Positions 29,726 through 42,044 of a stretch of 64,000 nucleotides of DNA are shown here, in pieces; position 1 is the stretch's first letter; each line of letters begins with the position of its first letter. Position numbers and translations under genes: made by a program. The DNA comes from Eledone cirrhosa (lineage: Eukaryota), in the NCBI GenBank assembly GCA_964016885.1, contig OZ024761.1, positions 6,014,001 to 6,078,000 of the forward strand. The letters run 5' to 3'. The notes under the pieces were generated by a model. It ran no database searches and had not been told where the DNA came from. It saw only the letters and a list, made by a program, of their open reading frames with translations.

Positions 29726-31608
29726 ATGGCTGAGCCACGCCCCCCAGCGATATGTCTGCTGTCGTGTGACAACGGCGTAAAAGTTGAGAGGTGGGTTACG
29801 GCGAACACAGAAATTGATACAACAAACATCACCACAAACAACACTGAGAACACTAATTTTGAAAGAAATGACCACAGCGACAACCAAAATACAGACAACA
29901 GAAAAATAACAACAAATGCAACAACAATATTAACACCACTAACATTAAAACAAATGGCGAAACAGCAACAGCAACAATACCAACAGCAACAATACCAACA
30001 GCAACAATACCAACTGCACCAAGAACAACAACAACGGCGGCACCAAAGATATAACCAACTGCAATAGACAGTGATAACAGCAACAACACCACCAACAACA
30101 CAACAACAACACCACCAACGACAACAAGAAGAACACTTTCGCTGCGGCAGCAGCCAAAAAAGAGACCATGCTTCAGCATGGACCTCTCGAACAGAGATGA
30201 AAAGTTGGTCCAGGCCTGGAAGCTCATCAAGCAAGAGCAAACCTGGGCAAATTTAACTGTCCCGGTAGAAGCTATTGAAGCAGTGGAGCGCAGAACGGTG
30301 CATTACAGATGCATCTCAGTAGAAACCAAGAGGGCAGCTTTAATTGCACAAGCAGATGTCGAAGTCGCGCTGAGGTGCATCAGGGTTTACACCGAATACA
30401 TAGCGAGGGGCAGAAAATATGGCACCATTTCGGTGCTGTTTAAGTCAGAAGCCCTCGCTATGAAACCTGCTTTGACACCTTGCAAAACCAGCAAGGTCAT
30501 AATGTACCCGTCCCACATGGGAAAAAGAACAGCCCGTCCCCGAATTCGCAGAATCCCACCAGGACTTGACATGTGGTGGTTTCTGGGATGTGTGATTGTG
30601 GAGGGGACGGATACCGTCCCGATAGAAGTAACAAGAACTGCCAGAGAGGACTGGTCAGGGTGTGACCTGGAGATACTTCTCCAGATCAGGCTTGAGAATG
30701 TCAAACCAATCCCGGACCACATCCGTCTTCAGAACGGGAGGGTAATTCACATTATTACTGACGGTAAAAGGCCGCATTGTTTCATTTGTGGGGGAAAAAA
30801 CCCATTAGCGAGCCTTCTGCTCTCAACTGCTGAAAGATGCAAGGGGTCGAAGGGCTCCATTGTTGTCGACGCCGGGGCGAGGACCACAACCAACACCAGC
30901 GACGGCAAAACCACCAACAACAACACCAATAGAAAGATCACCACCAACATTGACCACCCAGAGAGGAAACGAGGAAAGTTGTCAAATCCCCCCTCCCCCA
31001 AATACACACATCAATAAAAACATAAACACACACACAGACACACTTACAGACACAGACCCCTCATCTACCAGTAGTAAAGATGAGGGGATACCAAAATCCC
31101 TCAAAATACAAAAAAAGGAAAAAAAACTCAACAAAGCACAAAATCACCCACAATAAAAAATGCAGACACCACCCACGCAAACATCTCTCCAATAACACCA
31201 ACATCAACACCACCATCACCATCACCAGAATCCCCCAAACGCAAACAACCTAAACAGACGCAAGAACAAATACACACACAAACATCTGAAACCACAGACA
31301 CCGGACTCACAGCAAACACAGACACAACCGAAACAACACCATCACAGCCATCACCACCACAGTCACGCAAACAAATAAAATCACGATAACAAAATATACT
31401 AAACTTCGTGCTCGTCAGAAGGGCCAAAAGGGAACTGATGGCCCTCGTAGCACGAAGTAAAGAAATACAAAAAGAGGGGGAAAGCACATTTCGCGTACCG
31501 GAAGATTTGTTTCTGGTGCGAATGTCGCTCGATTTACACAAAGAGATACTAGACATCTTTCCTCGGGACGTGGGGACCCCCAACCGAAAACCACTTCAAG
31601 ACTTTTAA
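29726..31608 (+). pseudogene. Tx1-like ORF1 (gag-like, CCHC knuckle), frameshifted
   Basis: IPDHIRL..IHIITDGKRPHCFICG knuckle context; several frameshifts and stops; low-complexity Q/T-rich ends. Confidence 0.75.
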
Positions 31609-31714
31609 AGGGGTTCCCAAAAGAAACCCCACCAACTATGGAGGCCGAACCACCCGACCTTCACAAGAACCCGGAAGGTAAGTAAACCTTTCCTCTCTCT
31701 TTTAGCCTGCCAAC

Positions 31715-34425
31715 ATGGCTGTATTAAGAGTAGGAAGTTTAAATGTTTGGGGCCTGGGATCGTCCTGGAAGCAGAGTCACCTGCTCAACGACCTCAGGTC
31801 TCTAGAAATGAATGTAATTGCCGTCAGCTAGACCAGGATTTCTGACACACGCGCACTAGCCCCCATTTCCGACGACTACCAGATCTTCGCATCTGTTAGT
31901 CGGCCGGGAATGTGAGGTGAGGTGGCAGTGCTGTTTAGGAAAGGCCTGGATCTCGAGGTAAGGTCGATCTTCCGGGACCCGGACGGTAAGTTGGTGGTTC
32001 TGGACGTGAACGATAGCGAAGGTGGTCGTCTACGCCCCTACTGGGGCAGGAGGCAGGACTTCCTTGGACGCCTGGAAGCCTTTCTGGGCACGTCTCGCCC
32101 TTTACTGTTAGCGGGGGGTGCAAAAGCCTCAAGGACCTGATCAGCCAGTTCCAACTGCCTGACAGGTACCGACAAGATTTCCCTAATACGCCAGTGTGGA
32201 CCTGGACCAACCACATAGGGTCATCTAGATCGTACATAGACAGGATATTCATTAGGACAATAGACAGAAATAATGTAAGCTGTTCACGTTTTAAAACGGT
32301 CGCCTATTCAGATCACAAGTTCGTGATCTGTATGGTCGACCAAGATAAGACGAGTAGGATAGGACCTGGTTACTGGAAGCTAAACATGTCATTTCCGGCA
32401 CGTAAGGCTTACGGGGACCAGGTCAACAATTTAGTTAAGAAAAAGCTGACAGGGGAAGTCGTCAGCAACTGATGGTGTGTGTGTGTGTGGGGGGGGGGCT
32501 CTCAAAAGAGAGATTAGAGTAATGTCGATAGGGTTTAGCAAAGAAGTAATGTTAGAGAAAAATAGAAAGGAGGGAGAGTTGGTAGATAAGTTAGACGATG
32601 CTGTTTGTAGTGGCATTGCATCTGACGTGCTAGCGGCGAGAATGGCATTAGATCATTTCTTCAATGCGAAACATGAAGGTTTGCATTGTCAGAGCTAAGG
32701 CGCGTGTTCTGAGAAACGGGGGAATCAAAGCTGTTCGATGGGCCCGCGTGGCAGAGGCGCAGCGTGGTAGTAAAACGACAATTCGGGCTTTGACGGACCG
32801 AGATGGACACGAGCTGAACGATTCCGAGTGGATGTGTGAGGCCTTTCGCCAACATTTTGCTCGGTTGTTCGGGGGAAGTGGCGACTCAGAGGCGGTGGCG
32901 GACTTCAGTCCCTACCTCGATGCCTTGTCGCAACTCTCGACGGCCGACGCTGAGCGTTGCGAAAGCCCGATTACTTCAGCCGAGATTCAGGATGCCCTTG
33001 TCGGCTGCATGAGGCGCAAATCACCCGGTTTGGATGGTCTGCCCTACGAGCTTTACGTAAATACGCCAGACTTGTTCTCCGATGTCCTCGAAGCGCTCTA
33101 CTGCAACTGGCAGCAGAACGAGAGTATTCCCAGTTCTGTGAGCCAGGGCGTGGTGACGCTGATAAGGTGTTAGCCAAGTGGTTGGCGCTTGTCGAGGATT
33201 CGGTTGGGGAGGCGCAAACTTGCGCAATCCCAACCAGGTCCATACACGACAACCTCCACCTCATGTGATACAAAATAGAGAGGGTAGGGTGTAAACGTGG
33301 CTTCAGTGGGGCTCTGATCAATTTAGATCAATCAAAAGCATTCGATAGGGTCGACCATCGGTACCTGGAGGCTGTCCTCAAGGCAGCTGGCTTCGGCCCC
33401 GTCTTCAGAAGCTGGATCGCTGCAATACACAGCGGCATCTGCTCGGTGGTCAAAGTTAATGGCCACCTATCGGAACCGTTTCAGATCTCCCGATAGATCC
33501 GTCAATGGAGCCCTCTCTCCTCCCTTCTGTACGTATTGACTCTTGAGCCTTTACTGCGGAAGCTGGAGCTGTTGCAGAGCATCCCGCTCGAGCCAGGACG
33601 CGGAAAGCTGTGTCGGCTTATTCGGACGATATGACCGTGATGGTGTCGGACACCTCGGAAATCGAGGTGGTCGGCAACTTATTGGAGGAATATGAAAGGT
33701 TGACGGGAGCAAAACTTAACCCGAACAAGTCGGTCGGCTTGCAACTCGGCACCTGGAGAGGCAAGTCCATGCCGTCCAACAGCATCGTTGGGCGCTGGAC
33801 GGACGGCTCGGTAAAGTTGCTCGGGGTTTGGTTCAGGCCTGACCTCCAGCTGGATAAGAACTGGGACGAGGTGACGGGCAGGGTAGCCAGTCTCAGCCAG
33901 AAATGGGCTGCGAGGAAGCTATCACTGAAAGGTCGGGCGGAGGAGGTGGTGAACGCGTACATCGCGTCCGTCATCTACTACCGCCTGACCATCGTCCCTT
34001 GCCCCCGTTCGCGCCTCGCCAACTTGGAACGGCTCCTCTTAAAATTCTTGTGGCGGGGACAGGTTCCGTTGGTGAGGCGGTCCATCTGCTGCCAACACCC
34101 TCTATGTGGAGGGCTGGGCATGCCGTGGCTAATAGTGCGCAGACATGCACTGAGGCTGCGGCATCTCCAGATATTCTGCCTAAACGATGAACAGCTGTGG
34201 TCGCCGTTTGTCAGACGGGCCTTTCCGCAGTTCGTCTCTTTGACTGAGCTGCAGTCCTGGGTCAAGAAGAGACCGAGACTGGGTGACTGGCATCTGGAAT
34301 GTTGCCAGGAACCCACTGCCCTCTACCAGGCGGAAAATGCGGTCAGTGGAACTCCACTCCCGAGTCCTATAGAGGATTAGTGGTGTGCAAGTGCGACGTC
34401 GCACTCGGAGAGGCTCTGGGTGTCG
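31715..34425 (+). pseudogene. Tx1-like ORF2 (APE endonuclease plus reverse transcriptase), disrupted
   Basis: MAVLRVGSLNV.GL; SYIDRIF, YSDH, GYWKLN; KSPGLDGLPYE; LDQSKAFDRVDH; AYSDD; VKLLGV; LSLKGR; GGLGMP; contains stops, frameshifts and deletions. Confidence 0.92.
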
Positions 34426-34595
34426 ACTAGAACTGTTTCATTCGGGAGAAATCACCAGGAAGCACTGATGATATTTCTCCTGAATGAAACAGTTCTAGTC
34501 CTGTAGAAGCCATTTCTATATTAAATATTTATACTCTGCTTTGTATTGAGTACCTTACTGTGGTTACCTCCGATTGAACCCGGGATAAACTTATA
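34425..34595 (+). mobile_element. Fold-back PLE pLTR, family G, with hammerhead core
   Basis: gactagaactgtttcattc(g)ggagaaat is the inverse of atttctcctgaatgaaacagttctagtc; CTGATGA..GAAA-CAG..CTG-TA; related copy at 49741-49840. Confidence 0.7.
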
Positions 34596-34679
34596 TATAT
34601 AAACATACACCAATAGCTGTGCCCCAGCACGGCCTCAGTCGGAAGGCTGCAACAAGTGAAAGAGTAAAATAGTAGAAGA

Positions 34680-34720
<41 letters not shown>

Positions 34721-34999
34721 TAGAGAGGGGGGGGCGGTAATGGAGACAAAGCAATAAATAAGAAGTTTCTGTGTTGAGAGTGGGTGCCATGTTTTAGTTA
34801 AAACGTAGTTTATTTCCTCACCCCCACCCCCAGCCCCCTCCCCCTTCCCAACCTCACCATTTCAATAATTCCTGGAAACATTGGAATGTTGGAGAAAAGT
34901 GTGGAATTAGAGATGGCGGCGTTGGAGCACTGTGATGACACGACAGCACTGGGGGACGGACTTTCTCAAGACATGGCTACATTAGGAATCTGGTAATGC

Positions 35000-36135
35000 A
35001 CGTATATACATACACACACACACATACATACATATGTACACACATACACACACATACACACACATACATACATACATTCACACACATACATACATACACA
35101 CACATACACACACATACACACACATACATACATACATACATACATACGTACACACACATGCACACACATAGACACACATACATACAGACATTCATACATA
35201 CATAGACCCACATACACACACATACACATACATACAGACATTCACACACACACACATACATACACACATACACACACATACATAGACATTCACACACACA
35301 TACATACATACACATACACACAATATACACACACACATACATACATACATACACACACACATACATACATACACACACATTCACACACACATACATACAT
35401 ACACACATACACACATACATACACACAATATACACACATACATACACACATACACACACATACATACATACACACATACACACATACATACAAACATTCA
35501 CACATACACACATACACATACATACAGACATTCACGCACACATACATACATACACACAATATACACACATACATACAGACATTCACACACACATACATAC
35601 ATACACACATACACACAATATACACACACATACATACATACACACATACACACACATACATACATACACACACACACATACAGACATTCACACACACATA
35701 CATACATACACACATATACACACATACATACACACATACACACAATATACACACACATACATACATACATACACGCACATACATACAGACATTCACACAC
35801 ACATACATACACACACATACATACAGTCATTCACACACACATACACACATACACACATACACACAATATTCACACACACATACATACATACATACGCACA
35901 TACACACACACATACACACACATACATAGACATTCACACATACACACATACATACATACACACACACATACATACAGACATTCATACACACTTATACACA
36001 CATCCGTATACACACACATACATACACGCATATACATGTACACACGCATACACACACCTACATATACACACACAGGCATATACACACATATATACACACA
36101 TACACATACAATACACACATACACATACGTACACA
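35000..36135. repeat. (CA/CATA) microsatellite block
   Basis: Visible in sequence. Confidence 0.95.
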
Positions 36136-36289
36136 AAGACCGCAGCCTGATTTGAACACAGAATCTAAAGAGCGACAAAAACAATTTCAAATCAGTTTGT
36201 CCAACGATTCAACCAATCAGCAGCCTTTATTTTTATTGAAAACAAGGGACTAATAGAAATAGAGTTCGGTGGGGAAGTTGACTTCAAAG

Positions 36290-36861
36290 ACCAATAAAAT
36301 AGAGTACGTGGGAAGGTTGGCTGGAAGGACCAATAGAAATAGAGTACGTGTGGGGGGGGGGGGGCTATAATGGCCAATAGAAATAGAGTACGTGGGGGGA
36401 GGGTATAAGGGCCAATAGAAATAGAGTACGTGGGGGGAGGGTATAAGGGCCAATAGAAATAGAGTACGTGGGGGGAGGGTATAAGGGCCAATAGAAATAG
36501 AGTACGTGGGGGGAGGGTATAAGGGCCAATAGAAATAGAGTACGTGGGGGGAGGGTATAAGGGCCAATAGAAATAGAGTACGTGGGGGGAGGGTATAAGG
36601 GCCAATAGAAATAGAGTACGTGGGGGGAGGGTATAAGGGCCAATAGAAATAGAGTACGTGGGGGAGGGTATAAGGGCCAATAGAAATAGAGTACGTGGGG
36701 GGGGGTATAAGGGCCAATAGAAATAGAGTACGTGGGGGAGGGTATAAGGGCCAATAAAATAGAGTACGTGGGAAGGTTGGCTGGAAGGACCAATAGAAAT
36801 AGAGTACGTGTGTGTGTGGGGGGGGGGCTATAATGGCCAATAGAAATAGAGTACGTGGGGA
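36290..36861. repeat. 38-bp G-rich minisatellite (ccaatagaaatagagtacgtggggggagggtataaggg)
   Basis: About 10 near-identical units bracketed by duplicated variant units. Confidence 0.95.
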
Positions 36862-36897
36862 GAGTACAAAGGTAGAATATATAGGATAACAACATAC

Positions 36898-36990
36898 AGT
36901 AGCGACCTCAAGTAAAGACTGCGGAGATTGTCATTATCGATACCCAAATCACTCATGAGCCATCGTTGCTCAAAATCCTCCAATAACTCC
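36898..36990 (-). CDS. Probable internal exon (ELLEDFEQRWLMSDLGIDNDNLRSLYLRSL)
   Basis: ctgac-attctttag acceptor and GTATGT donor; 93 nt, phase 2 to 2, joins in frame to exon 18015. Confidence 0.65.
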
Positions 36991-37364
36991 CTAAAGAATG
37001 TCAGAGGTGACTTCCATTTTCGAACATAACATAATCCAGTTGCTATACAGCAATGTTTGGCAACATTCCAGCTACCTTAAGGCAGCTGGGATGTTGCCAG
37101 GATTTCTTCGGAGTTTTTAACACGTGAAATTTAAATGAAGGCCAGCAAAGTGTGGTGGATGGGTCGAGTTGAATAAATTAATCCCAGTACTTGACTGGTA
37201 CTTTAATTTTTCATATTGATATATGGATATAAAAGACAAAGTTAGATACCCTTTGCAGGATTGAAATCAGAATGCAGAGAGGCATATCGAAATATTGTCA
37301 TGTTTCTCCACCACCCAAATAACATTTTCGTTTATTGGGTACCGCAACAAGCATTAACCGACGC

Positions 37365-38820
37365 TCCTTCTCTTGTATATAAGAATACATCTCTTGTGTA
37401 TGGCACTACATGATTAAATGAACCTTCTCTTGTATATAAGACTACATGTTCAAATGTACCCTCCACTTGTATATCGGGCTACATGATCAATTGTACCCTT
37501 CTACTGTATATAAGAATACATGATTAAATGTACCTTCTTTTGTACATAGGACTACATGATCAAATCTACATTCTCTTGTATATGGGACTACATGATCAAA
37601 TCTACCCTTTTTTGTATATATGAACCACTTGTTCAAATGTACATTCTCTTGTATATGAGTCTACATGATCAAATGTACCCTTTTTTGTATATATGGACTG
37701 CATGTTCAAATGAACATTCTCTTGTATATAGGACTACAGGATCAAATATAAGACTACATGTTCAAATGTACCCTCCACTTGTATATAGGGCTACATGATC
37801 AATTGTACCCTTCTACTGTATATAAGAATACATGATTAAATGTACCTTCTTTTGTACATAGGACTACATGATCAAATCTACATTCTCTTGTATATGGGAC
37901 TACATGATCAAATCTACCCTTTTTTGTATATATGAACCACTTGTTCAAATGTACATTCTCTTGTATATGAGTCTACATGATCAAATGTACCCTTTTTTGT
38001 ATATATGGACTGCATGTTCAAATGAACCTTCTCTTGTATATAGGACTACAGGATCAAATATAAGACTACATGTTCAAATGTACCCTCCACTTGTATATAG
38101 GGCTACATGATCAATTGTACCCTTCTACTGTATATAAGAATACATGATTAAATGTACCTTCTTTTGTACATAGGACTACATGATCAAATCTACATTCTCT
38201 TGTATATGGGACTACATGATCAAATCTACCCTTTTTTGTATATATGGACTACATGTTAAAATGTACATTCTCTTGTATATGGGACTACATGATTAAATGT
38301 ACCCTTTTTTGTATATATGGACTGCATGTTCAAACGAACCTTCTCTTGTATATAGGACTACGTGTTAAAATGTACCTTCTCTTGTATATAGGACTACAGG
38401 ATCAAATGTACCCCTCTTTTGTATATAGGACTACATGTTCAAATGTACCTTCACTCGTATATAGGACTACATTATAAAATCTACCTTCTCTTGTATATAG
38501 GACTACATGTTCAAATGTATGCTTTATTTGTACATAGGACTACATGATCCAATGTACCTTCTTTTGTATATAGAACTACATGTTCAAATGTATCTTCTTT
38601 TGTATATATGGACTACATGATCAAATGTACCTTCTTTTGTATATAGGACTACATGATCAAATGTACCTTCTTTTGTATATAGGACTACATGATCAAATGT
38701 ACCTTCTTTTGTATAGAGAACTACATGATCAAATGTACCTTCTTTTGTATATAGGACTACATGTTCAAATGTACCTTCTTTTGTATATAGGACTACATGT
38801 TCAAATGTATCCTTTTGTAC
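37365..38820. repeat. 36-37 bp satellite with a 312-bp higher-order repeat
   Basis: Unit about ttgtatataggactacatgatcaaatgtaccttctt; block at 37435 repeated 312 and 624 bp downstream. Confidence 0.93.
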
Positions 38821-38887
38821 CCTCATTTTTTAAACGCTAAGTTTCTTTGGTACTTCTAGCAACTGGAATGACCACGTAAAGGCTCAC

Positions 38888-38913
38888 CTGTCCACCATAG
38901 ATCCAGAGGATTG
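38888..38913 (-). CDS. Candidate 26-nt micro-exon (QSSGSMVDR if read phase 0 to 2)
   Basis: cctgttcag acceptor and strong CAG/GTGAGC donor; phase link to the upstream exon is unresolved. Confidence 0.35.
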
Positions 38914-39068
38914 CTGAACAGGTTATATGTACACACACATACACGTACGCACACACACACGCACACACAGAAATACACACACATACACACCCGCACACAC
39001 ACACACACACACATACACACCCGCACACACATACACACACATACACACCCGCACACACACACACACAC

Positions 39069-39125
<57 letters not shown>

Positions 39126-39178
39126 CAGGGTGTCCCAAGAATTTTATATACTTTGATTAGAATACTTTTGAAGTGTGA

Positions 39179-39226
<48 letters not shown>

Positions 39227-39403
39227 GTATAGGGGTAGTTATGGTGCTTCCTTAGGCGGTATGCCAAAATTAGCACTCGATATTCATCAGAGTAGAGTGT
39301 AGATATTATAAAGGAAACGAAAAATCAGTGATGCGAAATAAACTAAGTCCAGATGCATCACTGATTTTTCGTTTCCTTTATAATATATATATATATATAT
39401 ATA

Positions 39404-40470
39404 TATAAAGGACGTAAAATAAGAAAATATTTTTTTAAAAAAATTTAAAAAAAATTTTTTTCTTACTTAAATTTTCACTCCAACTAATTAGTTTCTGCAA
39501 TGGGATAAAGACAGTTATGTAATCCAACTGTCGAGAATTCATTGCGTCATCAGGAAGTCTATTCTCAGTTAAGTCTCCAGGCAATGCGCGGACACTGGCG
39601 GCTCATATAAAAATAATAATAATTCGGTAGATCGAACAGCTTGCGAGGACTGGATTCTATGTACCGAAATTCTCACTGCTTCAAGTCAAATGGCCGATTC
39701 TAAAGAATCAATCACGTGACACAGAGGCTAGTTAGAAGGAATGGGATGGTAAGATGACTGACGCCTACTAACACCCCAAAAAAAATTTTTTTAGAAGTGG
39801 TTTTGACAAGTTTGCTCGACAAATCAGTGATTTGGAGATAAATATAGATAATTTAATATATCAACTAACATAAGCGCACAGATGCACGCCCATGCCAGCA
39901 AATACACAGGTTATGTCATAGTACCTAGGTGGTTCAATGCAGGAGAATGCAGAACAATAATATAAAGGACGTAAAATAAGAAAATATTTTTTTAAAAAAA
40001 TTTAAAAAAAATTTTTTTCTTACTTAAATTTTCACTCCAACTAATTAGTTTCTGCAATGGGATAAAGACAGTTATGTAATCCAACTGTCGAGAATTCATT
40101 GCGTCATCAGGAAGTCTATTCTCAGTTAAGTCTCCAGGCAATGCGCGGACACTGGCGGCTCATATAAAAATAATAATAATTCGGTAGATCGAACAGCTTG
40201 CGAGGACTGATGACGCAATGAATTCTCGACAGTTGGATTACATAACTGTCTTTATCCCATTGCAGAAACTAATTAGTTGGAGTGAAAATTTAAGTAAGAA
40301 AAAAATTTTTTTTAAATTTTTTTAAAAAAATATTTTCTTATTTTACGTCCTTTATATTATTGTTCTGCATTCTCCTGCATTGAACCACCTAGGTACTATG
40401 ACATAACCTGTGTATTTGCTGGCATGGGCGTGCATCTGTGCGCTTATGTTAGTTGATATATTAAATTATC

Positions 40471-40473
<3 letters not shown>
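39404..40473 (-). mobile_element. Non-coding PLE-type or retrozyme-like element: 557-bp partial tandem plus inverted copy
   Basis: 39404-39652 is identical to 39961-40209; 40207-40473 is the reverse complement of 39843-40110; (TA)n on both sides. Confidence 0.85.
39477..39558 (-). ncRNA. Hammerhead ribozyme, family H (second copy 40034-40115)
   Basis: ACTTC-CTGATGA-cGCAATG..GACAGTT/AACTGTC..CATTGCa-GAAA-CTAATTAG-TT-GGAGT. Confidence 0.8.
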
Positions 40474-40497
<24 letters not shown>

Positions 40498-40502
<5 letters not shown>

Positions 40503-40818
40503 GTTTGTCCTTCATCAGTGATCTTCCAACTATCATAGGCATTTCATCGCTTTAAAGACCATATACCTCCGGTTGGTGCGAGCAACGGCTAAAAAAAGTC
40601 GTTGGGACACGTAAATAAAAGGGACGCGAGGGTAAACAAACAAAATGGTGAGGCAACAGACGTGTCCCAGCGACTTTTTTTAGCCGTTGCTCGCACCAAC
40701 CGGAGGTATATGGTCTTTAAAGCGATGAAATGCCTATGATAGTTGGAAGATCACTGATGAAGGACAAACTTTTTTCATATGTAACCCATTTGCAACTCCG
40801 CAGCGCCCTTATTATCAT
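40498..40818 (+). mobile_element. Fold-back pLTR-like element, family P
   Basis: About 115-bp inverted arms (40498-40612 and 40659-40774) in (TA)n; homologues at 54060-54713 and 57362-57520. Confidence 0.75.
40696..40774 (+). ncRNA. Candidate permuted hammerhead-like RNA with kink-turn
   Basis: CCAAC-cgGA-GGTAT-A-TGGTCTT..GAA-ATGCC-tatGA-ta-GTTGG-AAGATCA-CTGATGA; compensatory change against the 54121-54191(-) copy. Confidence 0.5.
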
Positions 40819-41002
40819 ATATATATATACAATTTTACAATAGATTAGAAGCTCTCGACAAAAGATTTTCCTGGAGTATTTAATATTATTCAAAATATTA
40901 TATTAATAAATGAAAGATATTCTCATAATCAAACTGATAAAATATAAGATTTGATTTGTGACATACTGCTACGGTTTTGATTATTCAATTCCAGTATTGG
41001 CA

Positions 41003-41066
<64 letters not shown>

Positions 41067-41068
<2 letters not shown>

Positions 41069-41255
41069 AACAAGTAAGACCCCGACGGCTGAGCTCAAGC
41101 CGTTTCGACGGCTAATTCAGTACAGAATTAGCCGTCGAAACGGCTTGAGCTCAGCCGTCGGGGTCTCACTTGTTCTTATTACCCACTCTACTACCCTAAG
41201 TATTGAGTACTTTGGTGCGTTATGGTCCACCTGGTTCCTTACCACATTTCCTTCG

Positions 41256-41303
<48 letters not shown>

Positions 41304-41425
41304 CGAAGGAAATGTGGTAAGGAACCAATTTGACAATAACGCACCAAAGTACTCAATACTTAGGGTAATAGTCCAGAATTAGCCATCGAAAGGGCTTGAG
41401 CTCAGCCGTCGGGGTTCTACTCGTT

Positions 41426-41428
<3 letters not shown>
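41067..41428. mobile_element. Two fold-back family A pLTR fragments separated by (TA)n
   Basis: Hairpin centred near 41122; contains GAAA-CGGCT..AGCCG-TC, a hammerhead 3' half. Confidence 0.75.
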
Positions 41429-41480
<52 letters not shown>

Positions 41481-42044
41481 TAAAATAACAGATTTGCTCT
41501 ACGGTTCTTATATATTTGATATATATTTATCCTTATCGAGCCCTCTTTGGATTTTAGTCTTCAAATTTATTATTATTACTATATATATATATATATTGGC
41601 AGTGATATATGTATATTATATATATACCTGTCAACACACACGTATATATATATATATATATATGTATACAGTATTTTCCGTTGTGTTGTAACTGTTATAG
41701 AAACACGTGTCAATAAATTCCTTTCAACTAAACTGTATCCATTCAAATCTTTCTATATATATATGTATGTATATATATGTGTGTGTGCGTGTGTTGAGAG
41801 GTATGTGGGTATGAGTAGATGTGCCGAGGGATGTGTGTATGATTATATATATATATGTGTGAGTTCATGCTTGTGTATTTATGTGTAATGTGTGCACGTA
41901 TACGCTTATGTAAGCGTGCCACTAGAGAGAGGGTGAGAGGGGGAGTGAGAAAGGGGGAGCAGGAGGAGGAAAAAAGGGAGAGAGCCGAATTGTTGGAAAG
42001 TGGGTTTCTCCAGTAAATCTGGAACACATTAGGGAGAAGATGAG

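Larger units (their letters stand above)
29726..34425 (+). mobile_element. Decayed L1/Tx1-clade non-LTR retrotransposon
   Basis: ORF1 with zinc knuckle followed by an APE endonuclease-RT ORF2; 3' end interrupted by a PLE fold-back at 34425. Confidence 0.92.
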
